This document shows positions 9,802 through 20,237 of a DNA stretch of 64,000 nt, one piece after another. Within the stretch, counting starts at the first letter, position 1. Every line of letters starts with the position of its first letter. This DNA comes from Bdellovibrionota bacterium (lineage in GTDB: Bacteria; Bdellovibrionota_C; UBA2361; JAAYZI01). The stretch spans positions 416,001 to 480,000 of the forward strand of contig JBMNIF010000002.1 of the NCBI GenBank assembly GCA_050950765.1. Direction: 5' to 3'. The notes under the pieces are model-generated. The model saw only the letters and a program-made list of their open reading frames with translations. It had not been told where the DNA came from and searched no databases. The translations under genes and the position numbers were made by a program.

Positions 9802-10683
9802 TTATGAAACCACCCCTTTTTCAAGAGCTGCGATACGCGCCTCCATCGGTGGATGTGTACTAAAAAGCGCACAAAGACCTTTTGCATTACCTATGCCGCT
9901 TGCTGCCATCTCTTTCGGCAAAGCCCCCATATCGTCTCGCGAGAGAGCTTTTAAAGCATTGATCATATATTGATTATTACCCATCAATTTTCCTGCACCA
10001 GCATCAGCACGGAACTCACGTTGTCTTGAAAAATACATCACTACCATGCTCGCCAAGATTCCAAAGACAAGCTCAAACACTATTGAAGAGATATAATATC
10101 CGAAACCTGGTCCTTTAGAATCATTATCACTCTGCATAACCCGATCCAATCCCCACGCCACTACCCTTGAAAGGTACACAACAAAGGTGTTCACCACACC
10201 TTGAATCAAGGTCAAAGTTACCATATCACCGTTTGCAACGTGTGATATCTCATGCGCCAAAACAGCTTCAACCTCTTGTCTATTAAGGCTCTGCATCAAC
10301 CCTGAAGAGACAGCAACTAACGAACTTGACTTAGTGGCTCCCGTAGCGAAAGCGTTCGGTGCCCCTTCATAAACTGCCACCTCCGGCATGGGTAATCCAG
10401 CACGAGAGGCTAGTTTCCCTACTGTTTCCATTAACCAGATCTCTTCTTCAGTACGTGGCTGTTTGATAACTTTTGCGCCCGTATAAATTTTAGCCATCGT
10501 CTTTGAAAGTAGTAGCGAAATTATAGATCCGCTAAATCCGACTACTGCACAAAAGATCAGCAATGCCCCATAATCGATACCAGCATCTACTAAATAATAA
10601 TTAGCTCCCGTCAAACTCAAGATGATAGAGAACACCAACATAATGGCGATGTTTGTTATAAGAAAAAGAAAAACTCGTTTCAT
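9802..10683 (-). CDS. htpX: Zinc metalloprotease HtpX
   Basis: PNAFATG, AHEISHVANGDMVTLTLIQG, FSRQREFRAD, STHPP. Confidence 0.97.
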   Translation of the reverse strand: MKRVFLFLITNIAIMLVFSIILSLTGANYYLVDAGIDYGALLIFCAVVGFSGSIISLLLSKTMAKIYTGAKVIKQPRTEEEIWLMETVGKLASRAGLPMPEVAVYEGAPNAFATGATKSSSLVAVSSGLMQSLNRQEVEAVLAHEISHVANGDMVTLTLIQGVVNTFVVYLSRVVAWGLDRVMQSDNDSKGPGFGYYISSIVFELVFGILASMVVMYFSRQREFRADAGAGKLMGNNQYMINALKALSRDDMGALPKEMAASGIGNAKGLCALFSTHPPMEARIAALEKGVVS

Positions 10684-11042
10684 CTAATTTATCTCCAACA
10701 CAAAAAAGCTGCGTTCCTTAACGCGCTGTACCTTATATACCATACCTATATAACCACCATTTAATAATATTTAAATCTTTTAAAAAGAAAAAGTATCCCG
10801 ATAAACGGTTTTTATTCAGTTGTAGCAACAAAAAAAGGTGGGTAGAATATCTTATCTTATACCTTCAGAGGAGCGCCGACAAAAAAAGGACAACCAAAAA
10901 GAGCGTATTCAGTTCTCTTTTCGATTGCCCTCACTCGCAGAAAGGATGGTGTCATGCCTAATGTATAAGAATATCGCCCGAATGGAGTTTTATATTAGTT
11001 TTTAGCGCACTTTTTTATAATATTTTTCTCTAAAGCTAAGTT

Positions 11043-12524
11043 ATGAGTATTATTAAGTTAATAAACATCAAAAGAGCTCTATTACTTCTCTCCGTTATTC
11101 TATTTTTTAATCTACCCTCTTTTGCGCAAAGCCTTACAGAGGAAGGAAGCGTTCTAAAATGTGATGCCACACCATATATAACTTTAGGCGAAGCAAATAC
11201 ACAGTCTCGCGCTAATAATCATGAAACCGCTTACGAACTTTATAAGAAGTTACTTACAGACCCAGAGACCTTTAAACGCATCGCTTCAGAAAATGAAAGA
11301 GGTCGGATAATGAGGGAAGCTTTTCGAGGTGCCTCTGAAAGTGTCAGCAATTTTAAAAAATTCTACTACGGTGGCTACGGAAGTGAGCTTGACGATTTTC
11401 TTACTGAGGTTACAGCACCTAGCACAACAGATTGGCGCATCTTACACACCGCAGGTCTGTTCTATATTGGCGGTGCTTTTCATCCTAAGGCACCCCTTGA
11501 GTTTCCTCCTAACGCTTCTAGCGGCGGCTGCCTTATCTCAGGAAAATTTTTTCGTGAATATCTTCATAATTACTATAATAACGACTCTTTTCAAAAAAGA
11601 TCTCCTCGTCTACCACACCTTGAAACTTACATTTTAAGAATGGCACAACTCAAGAACGTTACTAAATGTCTAAAAAAGGGGCGGCGTGTTTCTTCACCAC
11701 AGCGAGATCGAGTTTTAGGTTTGCAATTATTACTACGTGCTGCACGTTCAATCCCATATAAAACTAAAAGTAAGGAAGTTTGTAACTTCTATCTAGATAT
11801 CGCCGATACACTAGCAGATCAATTAATTAGTTATAGGGATCCTTTTTACTTTTCTAATAGTGTAATGAGAGGTGAGTTTTATTCTGGGAAAAATCTTACA
11901 GATCTGGAAACATTACCTGCCTATATAGATCTTTATTTTCATTCTTTAGATAGACGTCATTATGATACTTCTCTTTTCCCTCGACCACCAAGCTCTCTTC
12001 CATACCCTCGATTGGAGGTGCGATTTCGTCCTGATCCGTTATTTCCATTCTTATTACCAGATCCTCTCCCTACAAAGCCGGAAGATGTTTATTATGAACT
12101 AAGAGAAAGTTTTGAAAAAGCAAAAAACGATGGTGAAAGGTGGCGCTGGGCGTTACAACAAGTTGTAGAGCACGCTCCATCCAGAGAAGTAACAGAGTGG
12201 CAAAGTAAAACAGACTTAAGGCAAGCTGACTTTTTAGCATATAAGCTTCAAATACAACATTCCGACCTTAACAATCTTCCTAAAGAGTTAGCTTCTGATA
12301 TGCCCTCTTTAAAAGACTCCGAAACCATCGCCAAGTTTGCCACAGGAATAAAGAAAGTTACCCTTCCTGACAAGGTAAACTTTATTAAGATCTATAAAAA
12401 AATTATTGAAAGAGGCGACAGTATGAGCTACGTAGCTAGAGATTCCCTATGCCAAATTTATCGAATAAGACAGCAGCCAGAAAAGATAAAAATTTACTGT
12501 CCATCTCATTTCCAACCTTCTTGA
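11043..12524 (+). CDS. Secreted protein resembling the N-terminal region of large bacterial alpha-2-macroglobulin-type proteins
   Basis: Signal peptide; RDRVLGLQLL, NDGERWRWAL and ETIAKFATGIKKVTLPDKVNFIKIY motifs recalled from planctomycete-type MG2/A2M proteins. Confidence 0.5.
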   Translation: MSIIKLINIKRALLLLSVILFFNLPSFAQSLTEEGSVLKCDATPYITLGEANTQSRANNHETAYELYKKLLTDPETFKRIASENERGRIMREAFRGASESVSNFKKFYYGGYGSELDDFLTEVTAPSTTDWRILHTAGLFYIGGAFHPKAPLEFPPNASSGGCLISGKFFREYLHNYYNNDSFQKRSPRLPHLETYILRMAQLKNVTKCLKKGRRVSSPQRDRVLGLQLLLRAARSIPYKTKSKEVCNFYLDIADTLADQLISYRDPFYFSNSVMRGEFYSGKNLTDLETLPAYIDLYFHSLDRRHYDTSLFPRPPSSLPYPRLEVRFRPDPLFPFLLPDPLPTKPEDVYYELRESFEKAKNDGERWRWALQQVVEHAPSREVTEWQSKTDLRQADFLAYKLQIQHSDLNNLPKELASDMPSLKDSETIAKFATGIKKVTLPDKVNFIKIYKKIIERGDSMSYVARDSLCQIYRIRQQPEKIKIYCPSHFQPS

Positions 12525-12535
12525 AGTTTTTAGTT

Positions 12536-12685
12536 TAAGAAGAAGTTTTTTTAAAGCATTTGGAATGTCATCCACTAGGGACAATTGGACGGGTGGATAG
12601 TGAAGTAAAGAACTAGCTAGATCTGGACGGAGGTAAAAAAACCGCTAAAGGACGGTTGGACGGGGTGAAAGTACAGAACGAGTCC
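12536..12685 (-). repeat. Degenerate inverted A modules of the GGGTGGCACC family plus a 26-bp element shared with 44528
   Basis: gaactagctagatctggacggaggtaaaaaa is the reverse complement of the A module. Confidence 0.8.
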
Positions 12686-12820
12686 CTATCTCTTCTCCTT
12701 TTAAAAGGGAGTGAAAAAATATAAAACTTGCTTAAAGTAGGAACCGTAAGCGGCACTTTCTTAAAAGCTCTCTTTAGGAAAGAAAAAGTGGTGCGCGCTT
12801 ACGTTATCTGCAATCTATTT

Positions 12821-13408
12821 TTATCTCTGTTCGGCAACCTCCTCACGCACCTGTTCTTCACAAGAGCGCATCGCCATAATAGTATCTTCAATCAATTTAT
12901 CTAAGCTCCAGCCTAATTGTTCCGCCCCTTTTTGTATCGTATCTCTGGAGCAACCGGCAGCGAATCTCTTATCTTTAAACTTTTTCTTTACACTGGAGAG
13001 CTCCATATCTTGCACGCTCTTTGATGGACGCATCTTAGCTGCTGCCCAGATCAGCCCTGTCAACTCGTCTGCTGCAAAAAGCACCTTCTCCATCTGATGT
13101 TGCGGCTCAATATCGCAACACAAGCCGTATCCGTGACTACAAATAGATTGAATCATCTCTGAACTAACACCACCTGCGCTTAAAAGCTCTACCGCTTTTT
13201 TACAATGCTCTTCTGGAAAAAGCTCAAAATCTATATCGTGCAGCAACCCCACGATCCCCCAATACTCCGCATCATCAGCATAGCCGAGTTGATTGGCATA
13301 CCAACGCATAACACCCTCTACGGTTAAAGCGTGTAAAATATGGAACTCCTCTTTATTGTGTTTTTTAAATAACTGTAACGCCTCATCTCGTGAAATTGCA
13401 CTCTTCAT
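12821..13408 (-). CDS. HD-domain (HDIG-type) hydrolase
   Basis: HALTVE, GLLHDID, AADELTG, KKFKDKRFAAG. Confidence 0.9.
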   Translation of the reverse strand: MKSAISRDEALQLFKKHNKEEFHILHALTVEGVMRWYANQLGYADDAEYWGIVGLLHDIDFELFPEEHCKKAVELLSAGGVSSEMIQSICSHGYGLCCDIEPQHQMEKVLFAADELTGLIWAAAKMRPSKSVQDMELSSVKKKFKDKRFAAGCSRDTIQKGAEQLGWSLDKLIEDTIMAMRSCEEQVREEVAEQR

Positions 13409-13539
13409 CTTTCCTCTCTTTTATAAACAGTAAAAAATCCTCTCTCTAAAAACACTTTTCTCAAGATAGTCACAAATAAAAGAAGAGCACAAGTGCGGTG
13501 ACAAAAAAAAGTAACACAGTATAAAGACAAAATAGCCGT

Positions 13540-14214
13540 TTACGCCCCATAAACAGAAAGGTATTCTCTAATTTGCCCCACCCTCTCCTCACTTAAAACC
13601 ATCCCACTAGAGTTTTCAGTTGAAAGATATTCGATAAGTTGATGGATGGTGAGGATGGGATAAATTGAGATGTTGAGATCTTGTTGAAGTTCTTGAACGG
13701 CGGAGAGATCGCCACTTCCTTTTTCAGACCTATCAACAGCGACGATAACACCTGAGATAATAAGATCGGTAGTTTCACGTAAGAGCGGTACTAATTTTTT
13801 AAATGTGGTACCGGCTGTTATAACATCATCAACGATGACGATCTTTTGTCCTGCCTCAAGTTTTTTCCCGACGAATAATCCACCATCTCCGTGGTCTTTA
13901 ACTTCTTTTCTATCAAAGGTAACGCCAACACTCTTTTGATATTTATCGGAGAGAGCGATAGCCGTAGAGACTGAAAGGGGGATCCCTTTATAAGCAGGAC
14001 CAAAAACGATATCGCACTCTAAATTGATCCGTTGAATGTGTGCTGCATAAAAAGCACCGAGCTTACCTAAGGTAACTCCAGTATTAAAGGAGCCGATATT
14101 TATAAAATATGGAGCCTTGCGTCCTGACTTCAAGGTAAAATCTCCAAACTTCAAAGCCTCAGACTGAACCAAAAAATCAGCGAACTCTTTCTGATAAGAT
14201 TGCAACTCTGCCAT
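13540..14214 (-). CDS. pyrE: Orotate phosphoribosyltransferase
   Basis: FGDFTLKSGRKAPYF, GPAYKGIP, RKEVKDHGDGG, IVDDVITAGT. Confidence 0.97.
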   Translation of the reverse strand: MAELQSYQKEFADFLVQSEALKFGDFTLKSGRKAPYFINIGSFNTGVTLGKLGAFYAAHIQRINLECDIVFGPAYKGIPLSVSTAIALSDKYQKSVGVTFDRKEVKDHGDGGLFVGKKLEAGQKIVIVDDVITAGTTFKKLVPLLRETTDLIISGVIVAVDRSEKGSGDLSAVQELQQDLNISIYPILTIHQLIEYLSTENSSGMVLSEERVGQIREYLSVYGA

Positions 14215-14263
14215 AATTTTTCTCCTTTAAGTTATTATTAACAAATATATCTATTCACGATTG

Positions 14264-15559
14264 TTATCTGTTACGCCGTCCCCCTTTACGGCGCTGCCAC
14301 GGCTTATAGCTGCGCTGCGGACGGCTCTCTTTTTTATCGGTGTCTGCACCTGTTGATAATCTATCGATTAGACCTTGCGTTCTTTTATCGACATTTAAGA
14401 AGTTTAATACCAACTTAGCATCTTCAAAAGAGGAGTATTTATGCAAACGCCGAACGATAGCTGACCTCTCCGCTGCCGTTTCAAGCACTCTTATCATCTC
14501 CATGATATCAGTGATACGCTCCCGTTCCTTACGTGGAACCAGTAAGCGTTTAAAGTTATCGTGCATAAAAGTAGAGATCTCGTGTCTATCATTAAAATTA
14601 GTGGAAACTAACGGCGCTTCAGGATCTTCATTCGCCACAAAAACAGCCATCACGCTCAAAATTGGCGTGATACTCTCCAAACCGTTACTGAGAGCATAGG
14701 CATCAACTCTTTTTAAGGAACGCGCAAAGAGAGAGCGTGTTTGTAGCAGCTCATCTTGTCTACGGGAGATCTCAGGTAAAAGGTGTTGTAGAAGATGGTG
14801 CTCGGCGTATTGCTGCAAGATCTCAACGGCATATCCTGAAGTTAAATCTTTTTTCAATTCTTCATACAGACGCGCTCCCGAACACTGCTCTATCAGAAGG
14901 TGACGATTTGTTAACGCTGTTACACAAGACTGATCTAACTTACAACCTGCCCTAACAGCGTGCCGCACAGCTCTCAACATTCGCACGGGGTCTTCCAAAA
15001 AACGGATCTCAGGGTCTCCTATCACCCTTACTATACCGTTACGGAGGTCTTCCATCCCTCCAGTATAATCGATAACACTAAAATTTTTTAATGAATAAAA
15101 GAGTGCATTGATTGTAATGTCACGACGTAAAGCATCCGAACATTCATCACCGTAAACATTATCATCCATAAGAATTAAATCTTTCTCCTCGACCTCATCT
15201 GAGTTCAGATCTTCGGCAGTAATCTCATCGTGCATAGCCCTAAATGTAGAAACCTCAAAGAGCTTTCCGTTTCCAAAATAGATATGCGCCAGTTTGAAAC
15301 GTCTTCCGATGATTCTGCAATTACGAAAAAGTGATTTTACTCGGCGTGGTGTAGCATCAGTTGCTATATCAAAATCTTTCGGTGTCTTTCCAAGTAAAAG
15401 ATCGCGTACGGCACCGCCAACAAGATAAGCTTTATAACCGTTTCGCATCAAACGACGCATGATCTTCAAAGCATCAGAGTCTATATTTTTTCTGGACACA
15501 GAGTGTTCATCCCGTGTGTAAATACGTGGCTTAATTTTTGTGTCTTCTTTCTTTAACAT
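14264..15559 (-). CDS. pcnB: Poly(A) polymerase I
   Basis: VGGAVRDLLLGKTPKDFDIAT plus the PcnB-type IIGRRFKLAH signature, RRDITINAL, EDPVRMLRA. Confidence 0.9.
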   Translation of the reverse strand: MLKKEDTKIKPRIYTRDEHSVSRKNIDSDALKIMRRLMRNGYKAYLVGGAVRDLLLGKTPKDFDIATDATPRRVKSLFRNCRIIGRRFKLAHIYFGNGKLFEVSTFRAMHDEITAEDLNSDEVEEKDLILMDDNVYGDECSDALRRDITINALFYSLKNFSVIDYTGGMEDLRNGIVRVIGDPEIRFLEDPVRMLRAVRHAVRAGCKLDQSCVTALTNRHLLIEQCSGARLYEELKKDLTSGYAVEILQQYAEHHLLQHLLPEISRRQDELLQTRSLFARSLKRVDAYALSNGLESITPILSVMAVFVANEDPEAPLVSTNFNDRHEISTFMHDNFKRLLVPRKERERITDIMEMIRVLETAAERSAIVRRLHKYSSFEDAKLVLNFLNVDKRTQGLIDRLSTGADTDKKESRPQRSYKPWQRRKGGRRNR

Positions 15560-15890
15560 GTAAAAACGTTTTTCCCGAGTATATACAAAAAAGCGTTTGA
15601 GTGATTACCATAAAAAAGAATAAAACGCTAACTTTTTAACAAAATCAACAAGTTACACGAAAATTTAAGCACAAAGTTTATCACTATCCTAAACATTATT
15701 AACCTCTTTTTTATTATAAATTTGTATAATTTGTTAACAAATTCAACAGATAATGAACTTTCTTTTAAATAAATTGTTTTTTTAGGAGAGCTATCGAACA
15801 AAAGCACTTCCTGTTCTTATCTAATATAGGTAAGAGAAGGAGTGTAGGAAAGGACATTAAGCATAAACTTCTTTATGAGATAAGGGTTTT

Positions 15891-16514
15891 ATGGATATTA
15901 AAACAGAAATGGACAAGAGGGGGAGCTCTTGTCAAGAAACACTCTCTGCATCAGATATCGCACACCAGATAGAGCTAGTTTTATCAGGTAACAACAACGC
16001 CTTCGCTCCACTTGTTAACAGCTATAAAGATAAAATTTATAATAACATCCTTGCTCAAGTCGGAGACCCGACCCTTGCTGAAGATCTTGCGCAAAACACC
16101 TTTGTCAGAGCCTTTAAATATTTAAAAAGTTTTAGGGGTGACAGCTCTTTTTACTCATGGCTTACTAAAATAGCTTTAAATTGCGTTAAGGATTATTTTT
16201 CTTCGCGTGGATATCAACAGGCTAAAAGATTAAAAAGCCTCACCTCTACTCCAAATGACGACTCTATTTTAGAAGAGAGCTCAACAAACAACTTTGAGTT
16301 AACAGCAGAGCTTATCACCTCGATTCGATTTTATCTTTCACAACTAAGCGAAAAAAACAGAGAGGTCTTAATATTAAAGTTTTTTGAAGACCTCTCATAT
16401 CAAGAGATCGCCGACACACTTAAAATCCCGATCGGCACAGTCTCTTCTCGGATCAATCACGCTATTTTGACCTTACGTAGCAAGATGAATAACTCGACAC
16501 AGGAGGTATCTTAA
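15891..16514 (+). CDS. ECF-type RNA polymerase sigma factor
   Basis: AEDLAQNTF, FRGDSSFYSWL, SYQEIADTLKIPIGTVSSRI. Confidence 0.92.
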   Translation: MDIKTEMDKRGSSCQETLSASDIAHQIELVLSGNNNAFAPLVNSYKDKIYNNILAQVGDPTLAEDLAQNTFVRAFKYLKSFRGDSSFYSWLTKIALNCVKDYFSSRGYQQAKRLKSLTSTPNDDSILEESSTNNFELTAELITSIRFYLSQLSEKNREVLILKFFEDLSYQEIADTLKIPIGTVSSRINHAILTLRSKMNNSTQEVS

Positions 16515-16516
16515 CT

Positions 16517-18862
16517 ATGAACAGAGAAAATATCTATTCTTTTTTCTTGGCATATCTTGAGAACTCTCTTTCCCCAGATGAGCGAAAAAAATTTGATGAG
16601 ACCTTAGCCTCATCTGATAAGATACAGAAAGATTATCAAGATTTTGTCTGTACAGTTAACGCTCTAAAATCTATGTCTGACAAAACAGCTAAAGCGCCGC
16701 AAGGCTTTGACCTGTCCGTTATGCAGGCGATAGAAAAGATCTCTCCCTCACAGGCTCGTCCAACTCAAGCTGAAGAAAAGACTCGCCGCATAGATCCGAA
16801 AACTTTAAAGATTATCAAGATATTGGCAACAGTAGTTTTAGTTACGTTGACGATTACAACCTTTATCCTACTCGGAGGCACTAATATCCTTAACACTACT
16901 AAAGGTGCAGCCATAATAGTAATGCTTCTACTACTAACATTTATGTCTTCAAAGCTACCTAAAAAGATACGAGAAAGATCTTTTATCCCGTTAACACCAG
17001 CTCTCGGAAGTACTGCTGTAATTTTACTCCTAATGACCTACGTTCTGATGCCTCTTGGCATAAGCACTTTTCAAGACTCCTCTCAACAGAGAGCTATTTT
17101 AAGTGGAGAAACTTTTAGTGATGCAAATAAAGCTTTAAGTGATCTTCATTTTTCCAATACCTTCTCTAAGAGCGCTAGTCATGATGAGAAAAAAGATGTC
17201 GCTAGCAATTATAAAGATAAGAAGGCGCTCCCAGAAAAAAGATCTCCCTTAACGTTTAATTCCTATCAAGAGATAGACACACAACAGAGCGCTCAAAGCC
17301 TTCAAAAAATGGCGGTGGACACAGCAAAAAATGATGCTCAAGTTAGTGTGATAATGAAAGAGGAGGAAAATTTAGTAGGAGCTGCAAGATCTGACAGCGC
17401 AGCAGAGCTTAACACCTCTACACCCACAAAAATAGAACCTATCCAGAATAATCAAGAGGAGCATAGCGCCTCAGGCTTTAAAATCGTAGCAAAAGAGCCC
17501 CTTTCTACATTTTCAATTGATGTTGATGCAGCATCGTATTTAGATGTCAGACGTTTTTTAAATCGCAATCAGAAGCCGCCGCAAGAAGCGGTCCGTATTG
17601 AAGAGCTTATCAACTACTTTAAGTATGATTTAGCAACTCCCAAAACAAAAGAGGTTCCTTTTGCGATAACAACAGAGCTCGCACAAGCTCCTTGGGCTAA
17701 AAGTCATCAACTACTACGGATCGGAGTAAAGGGCTATGTCGGAGATGATAAAGAGCTACCTGCTAATAATTTAGTGTTCTTAATTGACACCTCTGAATCG
17801 ATGCTTAGCTTTGATAAACTACCACTTCTAAAACAGGGGCTATCATTTTTAGCAACACACCTTCGACCCCAAGATCACATCTCTATTGTAACTTATGCTG
17901 GTTCTACGGGTGTAGAGCTCTCTCCTACAAGTGGAGGAGATAAGGGCAAGATCTTAGCAGCGATAAACAATCTTCAAGCAGAGGGAGATACAGCGGAAGG
18001 GGGTGCTCTCGACCTCGCTTATCAGGCAGCTAGAGATAGTTTTATAACAGGCGGTAATAACCGTATTATCTTAGCCACTGATAATGATTTTAATGTAGGA
18101 GTTTCCAACACCTCTGAACTAATCAAAATAGTAGAAGAGAGGTGTAAATCCGGCATCTCTTTAAGTGTACTCGCTTTCGGTGCTGATAATTATAAGGACG
18201 GCAGAATAAAACAGTTAGCGGATAAAGGTAACGGCGCTTACGCTTATATCGACAACATCTTTGAAGCTAAAAAAGTTTTAGTTGAAGATATAACAACTAC
18301 CCTCTTTACCATTGCGAAAGATGTAAAGATTCAGATCGAATTTAATCCTACTTATGCTCAAGCTTATAGGTTACTAGGTTATGAAGAGCAGCTACCGACG
18401 GATGAACATTTTATCGATAATGACACTGGAGAGGTAAAAGCAGGTCACTCCGTAACAGCACTTTATGAGATAATTCCTGTTGGAGTTGAGTTAGGTGCAG
18501 CAGAAAGAGGTGATGAATTGAAGTCTCAAGAAGCGAGTTCTCTTCCCTCGAAAGAGGCATTAGACTCAGCCTCTAACGGGGGGCTAGCAACGATAAAGCT
18601 ACATTACAAACTTCCGAATGAAGGTGTAAGTAAATATATTGTGCAGACACTCTCTTCAAAAGTGGTAGAGAAGCCCTCTAACGATTTCCGTTTAGCTGCT
18701 GCTGTCGCAGAGTTCGGAATGTTACTACAAGACTCTCCGTTTAAAGGCACAGCTTCTTTCGCCGAAGCCTCTGCGCTAGTAAAATCAATAAACACCACTA
18801 CCGAAGTGGAGGTAAGAACAGAGCTTATCAGACTGATTGAGATCGGTCAGTTGCTCAACTAA
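16517..18862 (+). CDS. Putative anti-sigma / YfbK-like von Willebrand A domain membrane protein
   Basis: Anti-sigma-like N-terminus (YLENSLSPDERKKFD), TM helices, PLSTFSIDVDAASY, VRIEELINYF, LVFLIDTSES, TIAKDVKIQIEFNP. Confidence 0.85.
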   Translation: MNRENIYSFFLAYLENSLSPDERKKFDETLASSDKIQKDYQDFVCTVNALKSMSDKTAKAPQGFDLSVMQAIEKISPSQARPTQAEEKTRRIDPKTLKIIKILATVVLVTLTITTFILLGGTNILNTTKGAAIIVMLLLLTFMSSKLPKKIRERSFIPLTPALGSTAVILLLMTYVLMPLGISTFQDSSQQRAILSGETFSDANKALSDLHFSNTFSKSASHDEKKDVASNYKDKKALPEKRSPLTFNSYQEIDTQQSAQSLQKMAVDTAKNDAQVSVIMKEEENLVGAARSDSAAELNTSTPTKIEPIQNNQEEHSASGFKIVAKEPLSTFSIDVDAASYLDVRRFLNRNQKPPQEAVRIEELINYFKYDLATPKTKEVPFAITTELAQAPWAKSHQLLRIGVKGYVGDDKELPANNLVFLIDTSESMLSFDKLPLLKQGLSFLATHLRPQDHISIVTYAGSTGVELSPTSGGDKGKILAAINNLQAEGDTAEGGALDLAYQAARDSFITGGNNRIILATDNDFNVGVSNTSELIKIVEERCKSGISLSVLAFGADNYKDGRIKQLADKGNGAYAYIDNIFEAKKVLVEDITTTLFTIAKDVKIQIEFNPTYAQAYRLLGYEEQLPTDEHFIDNDTGEVKAGHSVTALYEIIPVGVELGAAERGDELKSQEASSLPSKEALDSASNGGLATIKLHYKLPNEGVSKYIVQTLSSKVVEKPSNDFRLAAAVAEFGMLLQDSPFKGTASFAEASALVKSINTTTEVEVRTELIRLIEIGQLLN

Positions 18863-18889
18863 CGGCTTAATTGATGGCACGCCCCACCC

Positions 18890-19070
18890 GATCCCTCCAC
18901 CCTTTAGGGGTAGCAGAACGGGCTGCATCTGCAAAACAGAACTAGCTAGATCTGTACGGAGGTGAACCTGCTGCACCCATTAGGGACACCTGAACGGGCT
19001 GATACTGAAAGGCGAATCGGTTAGGTTTCTACGGAGGTCAAAAATTTGGTGCCACCCACCAGTGCAGAGA
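18890..19070 (-). repeat. Two inverted A modules plus a core (ggtgccaccc at 19048-19057)
   Basis: Reverse-complement match to the A module and the core. Confidence 0.85.
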
Positions 19071-19220
19071 CTCCCTAAGAATATAGATTAAAAGAAAAAC
19101 AATTTGCGAATAAGGGTAATTCAACACCGCAAACTCTTCTTGAAAGATTTTACAACTAAAGTATTTAAGGCTTAATAATATTAAAATATTAGCGGAAGAT
19201 AGATAGCAGCTATCTTACTT

Positions 19221-20237
19221 TTACAATTCGATTTTTTTTAGTAGCTCTACAAAGAAAGCGTCTTCAGGTTGTACTTTTGTTGTAGTTTTTAAAATATAGA
19301 TACCATCTGCATCTTGTGGAAGAATTTTTACACCGTCTTTTTCCGTGCAGACCAACTTCGCACCAAGATACTTTTTCTTTAGATCTTCAATGTTTTTTGA
19401 GGTAAAGGCATAGTGATCACGAAAAGACTCCTTTGCCAGTAATGAAAACCCCAGATCATTTAATGTATCAAAGAACCTCTCCGGCTTAGCGATAGCGCAG
19501 AAAGCCACAACACCTCCCTTTTCAAGGCAAGACTTACCATCTTTTAATGAGACAACCTCTTCCGGTTTTAAATAAGACCTGAAGATGGGTAGCCCTTGCG
19601 GTATAACTTTAAATAAACGTGGGTCTAAACTCGGTAACGATGTATAATAACGTCTTGAAGCAAAAACTATCAGGTCGGCACGACGTAAGGCTTTCTCGCG
19701 TGGCTCTCTGAAACGCCCTTCAGGTAAGATCTTCCCCTGTAAGAAATCTTCAACGGCATCTGCACTTCCAACATCAATAGAAACTATATTGAGAGAGCGT
19801 CGCAAACGTCTATGTTGAAAACCGTCATCCAAGATCACAACCTGCCCTAAATTACGCTCTTTAATATACTGCGCACCTTTTAGACGGTCTCTACAGATAA
19901 CGACAGGAACATTAGCACGTCTAAACATTAAGAGAGCTTCATCTCCAACTTGCTGCGGAGTTTCTGTGCCACAAATGGCGTGCGGTCCACGCATCTTTCC
20001 GCCGTAACCTCTGGAGAGGATAACAGGTGTGTAGCCACGTTTTTTAAGCTCCTCTGCAATCATAATACAGAGGGGAGTTTTAGCATTACCCCCTGCAGTA
20101 ACATTTCCTACACTAATAACAGGGAGATCAACGCCGTAACTTTTTAAGATATTTTTATCATAAAGGATATTTCTTAACGTTACGACACCAGCATAAACTT
20201 TTGATAGAAGGTGCAACATCTCACTTCCTCCCAGCAA
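19221..20237 (-). CDS. lpxK: Tetraacyldisaccharide 4'-kinase
   Basis: VISVGNVTAGGNAKTP, LSRGYGG, GDEA, LDDGFQH, CTEKDGVK. Confidence 0.95.
   Translation of the reverse strand: MLGGSEMLHLLSKVYAGVVTLRNILYDKNILKSYGVDLPVISVGNVTAGGNAKTPLCIMIAEELKKRGYTPVILSRGYGGKMRGPHAICGTETPQQVGDEALLMFRRANVPVVICRDRLKGAQYIKERNLGQVVILDDGFQHRRLRRSLNIVSIDVGSADAVEDFLQGKILPEGRFREPREKALRRADLIVFASRRYYTSLPSLDPRLFKVIPQGLPIFRSYLKPEEVVSLKDGKSCLEKGGVVAFCAIAKPERFFDTLNDLGFSLLAKESFRDHYAFTSKNIEDLKKKYLGAKLVCTEKDGVKILPQDADGIYILKTTTKVQPEDAFFVELLKKIEL

Noticed and set aside
10860..10990. Possible riboswitch (ggatggtgtcatgcc) between htpX and the secreted protein
   Set aside because: Only superficial similarity to the fluoride riboswitch; the downstream conserved elements and a cognate gene are missing.
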